Positions 58,510 through 64,000 of a stretch of 64,000 nucleotides of DNA are shown here, piece by piece (positions within the stretch are counted from its first letter, which is position 1; each line of letters begins with the position of its first letter). Source of the stretch: an uncultured bacterium (GTDB taxonomy: Bacteria; Gemmatimonadota; Gemmatimonadetes; Gemmatimonadales; Gemmatimonadaceae); assembly GCA_963978095.1 (NCBI GenBank), contig CAXBQP010000001.1, forward strand, positions 32,001 to 96,000, given 5' to 3'. The position numbers and the translations under genes were made by a program. A model generated the notes under the pieces. That model worked only from the letters and a program-made list of their open reading frames with translations, ran no database searches and was not told the origin of the DNA.

Positions 58510-60573
58510 GTGACCCCGCACCTCCAAGACATACTGAAGGACGGCGGTCATATTGCGGCGGATCCGCGGGCAGCGGCGGCCGAAACGGCGCTCCGCGTCC
58601 AGTCGCGGCACATTCATCTCCTGTACTTTTCCGACCCGCTCTGCTCCTCCTGCCGAGTCGTCGATCCGTACCTCGCGAGCTTGGTGGAGTTGTATGACGG
58701 GTTGGTGAAGATTGACGTCAAACTCGGCGGCATGGTCAAGTCGTGGGATGCCCTGCCCCCGATGGACCCGAACTGCGGCAACGGCGAGTCGGTGGCCTGC
58801 CTGTGGGAGCGCCTCAGTGCGGAGCATGGGGTGCAGATGGACAGCGCCATCTGGCGGCGCCGCCCCGTGAAATCGTCCTACCCCGCGTCGATCGCGTACC
58901 ACGCGGCGATGGCGCAGGACCCCAAGAACAGTTTCCGATTCCTGCAGATCATCCGCGACCTCCTGTTCCTCGAGGGCAAGGACATCAGCGAGGAGCGCAT
59001 CCTCGTCACCGCGGCGATTCGGAGTGGACTCAATGTGCCGCGATTCGTGCGCGCGCTGCGCGATGGCTCGGCTGCCGACGCGTTCGCCCGTGACATTCGC
59101 GACGCCGAAAAATGGAAGGTGCGCCGCTTCCCGACGCTGGTCTTCATCAACGACCAAGGGGACAGCATCACCGACACCTCGTTCCTCAACGAGACGTCGG
59201 CTGACGATGCCTTGGCCCATTGGGGCGGGATCATCCGCGAGCTCACCCATGTCGACGCACCAGACGTCAAGCCGCGCGCCGATCTGATTGAACTGCTGGA
59301 GGAGTTCCCGGGCTTGTCGTCACGAGAGATCGCCATTCGTTGCGGCATCCCCGTGGAACGCGCCGAGGCCCGCCTCGCGACCCTCTGGAAGCATGGGCGC
59401 GTCATTCGTGAGGATCTCGCGCACGCGGAACACTGGAGGTCCAACAGCACGCCCTATCGCATCCGTCGTGATCATGCCCCGGTGCGAACCGCGGCGATCA
59501 TCGGGGGCGGCATTGCCGGATATGCCGCGGCCCGCAGCCTCGCGCAGCAAGGCGTCGATGTCCGGGTGTTCGACCGGCAGCGTCGTTCCGCGAGCCAGGG
59601 GTTCGGGTTCCTTCTGCTCAAGAACGGCATCGATGCGATCGACGCGCTCGGCCTCCGCTCCGACCTGTTGCGACGCGGCAATCCGATCAATCGATTCCGC
59701 GCGATCCTGCCGAGCGGCGAGGAGGCCTATCAGCGCCAGTTGGACGACTGCCTGAGCATGCGGCGTGAGGATTTGGTGGACATGTTGCGGGAGTCGAGTG
59801 GCGCCCGAGAGATCCGGCATGATGCGGCGTTCGCCGGCTTCCTGCACGCCGACGACGACCGCATCTCGGGCGTTCGCTTCGTCGATGGCACCAGCGTGGA
59901 AGCCGATATCGTGCTCGCGAGTGACGGGGTGCGCTCGTCCGTGCGTCATGCGCTCTTCCCGCAGCACCGCCTCGTCCCTGTGGGAGAACGGGAGATCGTG
60001 GGAATGGTGTATCTGCCCGACCTCGACGTGCCGCAGGACGAATTCGTGAAGGTGGTCGACGCCACCGGCGGCAAGTGCATGGGGATGATCCCGATGGGCG
60101 ACGGTCACTACATCTGGTTCCTGCAGTTCAATCAGCTGGAGGATCCGCTGGAAGACGGATCGGGCGAGTCGATGCGAGCCTTCCTCACGCGGGCCGGGCG
60201 CGACTATCCCCACGCGTTCGCGCAGATCATCGCACACAACGATTTTTCAACGAGCTTCCTCTGGATCTCGGAGCGCATGGACCTGTTGCCCGCCTTCTCG
60301 TTCGGCTCCGTCGCGCTGCTGGGCGACGCGGCGCACCCCTTGCTGGCCTTCACCAGCCAAGGGGCGAACTCCGCGCTCGAGGACGCCGCATGCCTGGCCG
60401 CGCTCCTCTCGAGGAAACAAGAGGAGGAGCCGGCCTCGGAGATCTTCCATCGCTACTACCGCAAGCGCGAGCCCAACATCCGGCGCTACATTGCCGAGGG
60501 CGACCAGCTGGTCGAGCAGTTCATGAATCTGAAGCGCGACCGGAACTTCCAGCTTCCCCTCTCGCTCCATTGA
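58510..60573 (+). CDS. Fusion: YjbH/SpxH-like thioredoxin-fold + winged helix joined to an FAD-dependent monooxygenase
   Basis: N-terminal YFSDPLCSSC, SSYPASIAYHAA, FPTLVF, LSSREIA..W; C-terminal IIGGGIAG, ASDGVRS, LLGDAAH..SQGANSALEDA. Single uninterrupted frame; start GTG 58510 approximate. Confidence 0.82.
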   Translation: MTPHLQDILKDGGHIAADPRAAAAETALRVQSRHIHLLYFSDPLCSSCRVVDPYLASLVELYDGLVKIDVKLGGMVKSWDALPPMDPNCGNGESVACLWERLSAEHGVQMDSAIWRRRPVKSSYPASIAYHAAMAQDPKNSFRFLQIIRDLLFLEGKDISEERILVTAAIRSGLNVPRFVRALRDGSAADAFARDIRDAEKWKVRRFPTLVFINDQGDSITDTSFLNETSADDALAHWGGIIRELTHVDAPDVKPRADLIELLEEFPGLSSREIAIRCGIPVERAEARLATLWKHGRVIREDLAHAEHWRSNSTPYRIRRDHAPVRTAAIIGGGIAGYAAARSLAQQGVDVRVFDRQRRSASQGFGFLLLKNGIDAIDALGLRSDLLRRGNPINRFRAILPSGEEAYQRQLDDCLSMRREDLVDMLRESSGAREIRHDAAFAGFLHADDDRISGVRFVDGTSVEADIVLASDGVRSSVRHALFPQHRLVPVGEREIVGMVYLPDLDVPQDEFVKVVDATGGKCMGMIPMGDGHYIWFLQFNQLEDPLEDGSGESMRAFLTRAGRDYPHAFAQIIAHNDFSTSFLWISERMDLLPAFSFGSVALLGDAAHPLLAFTSQGANSALEDAACLAALLSRKQEEEPASEIFHRYYRKREPNIRRYIAEGDQLVEQFMNLKRDRNFQLPLSLH

Positions 60574-60575
60574 CC

Positions 60576-61751
60576 GTGACGTTCTTCGACAGCGACAACG
60601 TTCGACTCGACCTCCTCCGCCAGCGGGCGTACAACTACCGCTGGGCGGTGCATCCGGCGGACGTCATCCCGTTGACGGCGGCTGATCCGGACTTCGCGGT
60701 CGCGCCGCCGATCACCGAGGCATTGGTGCGGCATGTCACCGACGGCTACCACTCCTATGGCCCGCCCCGTGGACTTCCGGAGTTCCGCGAGGCGATTGCC
60801 GCCTGGTACACGCGCACGAAGCTGTCGCCGGTGGACGTCGCCCACGTTCTGCCCGTCAACAGTGCCGCGGGCGGACTCTTCGTCGCGGCGCGGACGATCC
60901 TCGGTCCCGGCGACAACGCCATCATTCCGGACCCGGTCGATTTCCTGTTCCGCCGATCCATCGAAGCGGCTGGCGCGACCGTACGCACCTGCCCGCTCCC
61001 CGAGCACTCCGCCGAGTTCGATCTGGACTCCCTGACGTCGCTGATCGATGACCGGACGCGGGCCATCTTCATTTGCAATCCGCACAATCCGCGCGGGCGC
61101 ATGCTCTCCGCGGCGCATCTGCTCGCCGTCGTGACACTCGCCGAGCGGCACGGGCTGTGGGTGGTGAGCGACGAGATCTGGGCCGACATCTCGTACGCGA
61201 CGCCCTTCGTCAGCATCTTGGACCGCGCACTCCCGGTGTATCCCAAGACGATCGTCGTGTCAGGGCTCTCCAAGAATTTCGCGTTGGCCGCCATGCGCAT
61301 CGGCTATCTGATCGCCCGCACCGACGAGATCACCACGCGCCTCTTCGATGCCTCGCAGCATGCGACGACCGCCGCGGGGATTCCTGTGCTCTCGCAGGTG
61401 GCCGGCACGGCCGCGCTGACCGCGTGCGATGCCTGGCTGGGGGAGTTCCGGGCGCATCTGGCTGCTCGACGCGCGCAGACGCTCGCGTTCATCGCCGAGA
61501 TGCCTTTTCTCGCCCCGGTGGACACGAATGCCACCTATCTGGCATTTCCGCGTCTGGTGGGCGTCCGCGACACGGCAGACGCATTCGTCGCGCGGGTGCT
61601 CGCGGAGAGCCGCGTCGCGCTCGTGCCGGGTGGTCGCGACTGGTTCGAGGCAGGCTCGGAAGGGCATCTGCGCATCTGCTTCGCGACATCCGAAGACATC
61701 CTCAAGGTCGCCTTCGATCGCATCACCTGCGCCCTGCCGAAACTCACGTAG
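60576..61751 (+). CDS. PLP-dependent class I/II enzyme, PatB/MalY-like
   Basis: VIPLTAADPDF, CNPHNPRG, SDEIW, SGLSKNF, GHLRICFAT; abuts or overlaps the upstream stop (TTG 60570 or GTG 60576). Confidence 0.85.
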   Translation: MTFFDSDNVRLDLLRQRAYNYRWAVHPADVIPLTAADPDFAVAPPITEALVRHVTDGYHSYGPPRGLPEFREAIAAWYTRTKLSPVDVAHVLPVNSAAGGLFVAARTILGPGDNAIIPDPVDFLFRRSIEAAGATVRTCPLPEHSAEFDLDSLTSLIDDRTRAIFICNPHNPRGRMLSAAHLLAVVTLAERHGLWVVSDEIWADISYATPFVSILDRALPVYPKTIVVSGLSKNFALAAMRIGYLIARTDEITTRLFDASQHATTAAGIPVLSQVAGTAALTACDAWLGEFRAHLAARRAQTLAFIAEMPFLAPVDTNATYLAFPRLVGVRDTADAFVARVLAESRVALVPGGRDWFEAGSEGHLRICFATSEDILKVAFDRITCALPKLT

Positions 61752-61781
61752 CGCGGGGACGCGTCGCCCGCCTGCCCCAGG

Positions 61782-62711
61782 TCACCCCGGCAGCATCGAC
61801 CGCACGACGAACCAGACGTTCGCGGGCCGTTCGGCAAGGCGACGCATGTACCACTTGTACCACGAGCTGCCGTAGCTGATCAACGTCTTCACCGTGCGCC
61901 CGTCGCGCACGAGCCGGGCTTGGTCGGCATCGCGGATCCCGTACAGCATGTGGATCTCGTACTTGCCATCGGCCACGCCGATCTCCTTGGCCGCGGCGAC
62001 AATGCGGTCGACGAGCGGAATGTCGTGCGTGCCGAAGATGGGGAAACAGTTGCCCTTGGCCGCCTGCTGCAGCATCGTCACGGCCACCTCGTAATACGCA
62101 CGGTCCGTATCGGCTTTGACCGGGAACGCGATATGCGCGGGCTCGGCATATGCCCCTTTCACGAGCCGGACGATCGGTTGGACCGCCATCAGGCGCTCGA
62201 TATCCTGCGGCGTGCGCAGCAGGTACGCTTGAATGGCGAGACCGCAGTTGGGATAGGCGCGCTTCACGTTCTCATAGAGCGCCAGCGTGCGGTCCACGTA
62301 ACTCGAGTCCTCCATGTCGATCCACAGGATCGAGCCGCATGCCGCGGCCTTTGCCGCCAGCACATCGAGATGCGTCGCGCAGGTCTCCGGTGAGAGATCG
62401 AGACCAAGCTGGGTCGGCTTCACCGACACATGGCCGTCGATGCCGCGCGCCTGGATCATGTCGTAAAACGTCAGATAGTGGTCGCGGACGGCATCAGCCT
62501 CGTCGAGACGGGTGAGGTTCTCCCCGAGTTTCGTGAACACGGTCCCCCGTCCGCCGCGCCCCAAGACCTGCGCGGCATCCAACGCGTCCTCCGGCGCTTC
62601 GCCCGGCATGAACTTCTTGACGGCACGCTTCACGAACCCGCGATGCAACGCCTGATCGTTCAAGAAGGCGCTCTTGGACATCGCCAACAAAATGCTTCGA
62701 CCGATTCCCAT
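61782..62711 (-). CDS. Monofunctional proline dehydrogenase
   Basis: SVKPTQLG, IDMED, QAYL, RLVKGAY, YMRRLAERPAN. Confidence 0.93.
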   Translation of the reverse strand: MGIGRSILLAMSKSAFLNDQALHRGFVKRAVKKFMPGEAPEDALDAAQVLGRGGRGTVFTKLGENLTRLDEADAVRDHYLTFYDMIQARGIDGHVSVKPTQLGLDLSPETCATHLDVLAAKAAACGSILWIDMEDSSYVDRTLALYENVKRAYPNCGLAIQAYLLRTPQDIERLMAVQPIVRLVKGAYAEPAHIAFPVKADTDRAYYEVAVTMLQQAAKGNCFPIFGTHDIPLVDRIVAAAKEIGVADGKYEIHMLYGIRDADQARLVRDGRTVKTLISYGSSWYKWYMRRLAERPANVWFVVRSMLPG

Positions 62712-62776
62712 GACCTAGTCTCCTGGTGGCGCGCCCTGCACAGGCGCCAGTCCTTCGATCCCCTGAGGCGAGAGGC

Positions 62777-64000
62777 TCAGGGCGTCCACTTCCCCTTCGC
62801 GACCGCCGGCACGAACGTGTCGACGCCGCGCGGCGGGAACGACAGCGTCTTCTCCTGCTCGGCGCTCTGATAGGCGGCCATCAACATTTTCACGACGTCG
62901 ACGCCGTCATCCCACGTGAGCAGCGGCGTCTCCTTGCCCTGGAACACCCGCACGAAGTGGCGATCCTCGCCGGTATAGCCGTACGCACTGTACTCCTCCG
63001 GCACGACGGGCATGACCCCCTGCTCGGCGTTCTGCTTCTCCACCAGATCCTCGCCGGCACGCCCCGTGACTTCGCGGCTGAAGAACAGCTGCAGGCCACT
63101 GTCGAGCGAATTCCATTTCATCGAATACTCGGGACCGAGCAGTTCGGCGGAGAGACGCAACCCCGCGCCGACGAAGCTCCAACTCGTGCTCGCCTCACCG
63201 ATGGCGCGTCCGCCGGGCGTGTCGAACTCGATCATGACGCTCGCGAAGTCCTCGCTCGGCGTCTTCGCGTAGTCCACCCCCATGCGTTTCTTGAGCTGCT
63301 TGGTGTAGTGCGGACGAGACCACTTCAGACTCGCGATGTGTCCCGTGACCTTGACCGGTTTCACCGTGGCCAGGGCCTCGCCGGGCTTGCAGAGCAGATA
63401 GCGGACGACGAGCGCCGAATGGCACATCATGTCGTTGAGCACACCGCCGCCCTGCAAGCGGCCGTTCCAGAACCAAGGCATGTGGGGGCCACTGTGCTCC
63501 TCCGCGGCGCGCGCCAGATATGGACGCCCGGTGGTGGCAGCGCCGCGTGCCCACAGCAAGTTCTTGCCGGCCTCCACATGCGGAGCCCAGAGCTGGTTCT
63601 CCAGATACCCGTGGGCGAGCCCGACACTCTTGACCAGTTTGGTGATGTACGTCGCTTCCGCGACGTTTCGCGCCAGCGGTTTTTCGCAGGCGATCCCCTT
63701 GAGCGTCCCCTTCCCTCCGCGGATCGCATGGACGATCTCCTCCACATTCTCGATCCGGGCTTGGTTCGGCCCCGTCAGCCAGATCGCCTCGATGGCCGGA
63801 TCGGCCACCATGGCGGTGATGCTCGTGTACGCCTTCGCCGGCCCGATGTCGAGGGAACGGGCGAACGCGGCCGCCGATGCCGCGTTCTTGGCGTTGGGGC
63901 TCCACACGCCGAGGACATCGGCGTCACGCACGCCGCGCCATCCCAGCATGTGAAACCGGGCGTTGAAGCCGGAACCGATGAAGCCTACGCCAAGTCGGGA
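62777..64000 (-). CDS. Gfo/Idh/MocA oxidoreductase (5' end beyond the window)
   Basis: Frame open to the edge: RLGVGFIGSGFNARFH, CEKPLA, GGGVLNDMMCH. Confidence 0.88.
   Translation of the reverse strand, partial: SRLGVGFIGSGFNARFHMLGWRGVRDADVLGVWSPNAKNAASAAAFARSLDIGPAKAYTSITAMVADPAIEAIWLTGPNQARIENVEEIVHAIRGGKGTLKGIACEKPLARNVAEATYITKLVKSVGLAHGYLENQLWAPHVEAGKNLLWARGAATTGRPYLARAAEEHSGPHMPWFWNGRLQGGGVLNDMMCHSALVVRYLLCKPGEALATVKPVKVTGHIASLKWSRPHYTKQLKKRMGVDYAKTPSEDFASVMIEFDTPGGRAIGEASTSWSFVGAGLRLSAELLGPEYSMKWNSLDSGLQLFFSREVTGRAGEDLVEKQNAEQGVMPVVPEEYSAYGYTGEDRHFVRVFQGKETPLLTWDDGVDVVKMLMAAYQSAEQEKTLSFPPRGVDTFVPAVAKGKWTP

Overview
High-GC bacterial chromosomal window with about 66 protein genes, mostly housekeeping. 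Gene families and gene order suggest Gemmatimonadota (inference, not verified). No CRISPR array, rRNA, tRNA, transposase, integrase or phage genes were seen. Left to right: a partial membrane protein (probable sensor kinase); a TolC-MacA-ATPase operon with four tandem MacB-type permeases; a Spy/CpxP-like protein; SDR and RidA; bshB1-cysteine desulfurase-mnmA; an orphan Hpt module. An 18 kb minus-strand run follows (in transcription order): tal, pyk, MBL hydrolase, pgi, fba, lipoprotein, yihY, ltaE, rhodanese, PaaI, SRP RNA, dnaX, recR, mglB, mglA, pgsA, cinA, grpE, dnaJ, small OM barrel. Then a CarH/LitR-like B12 photoreceptor divergent from fasciclin and SRPBCC genes; an OmpA-domain fusion; sahR-ahcY; lspA, hrpB, mscL; DUF1080-MFS-cutC; a YjbH/SpxH-like domain fused to a flavin monooxygenase and coupled to a PatB/MalY-like enzyme; proline dehydrogenase; a partial Gfo/Idh/MocA gene. 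The most interesting signals are the YjbH-monooxygenase fusion operon, the carH back-to-back promoters with 11-bp repeats, a shared ECF-type promoter motif upstream of three envelope genes, apparent leaderless transcription of many genes, and a sigma54-type promoter for grpE-dnaJ. All family calls come from motif recognition by eye, with no database searches.
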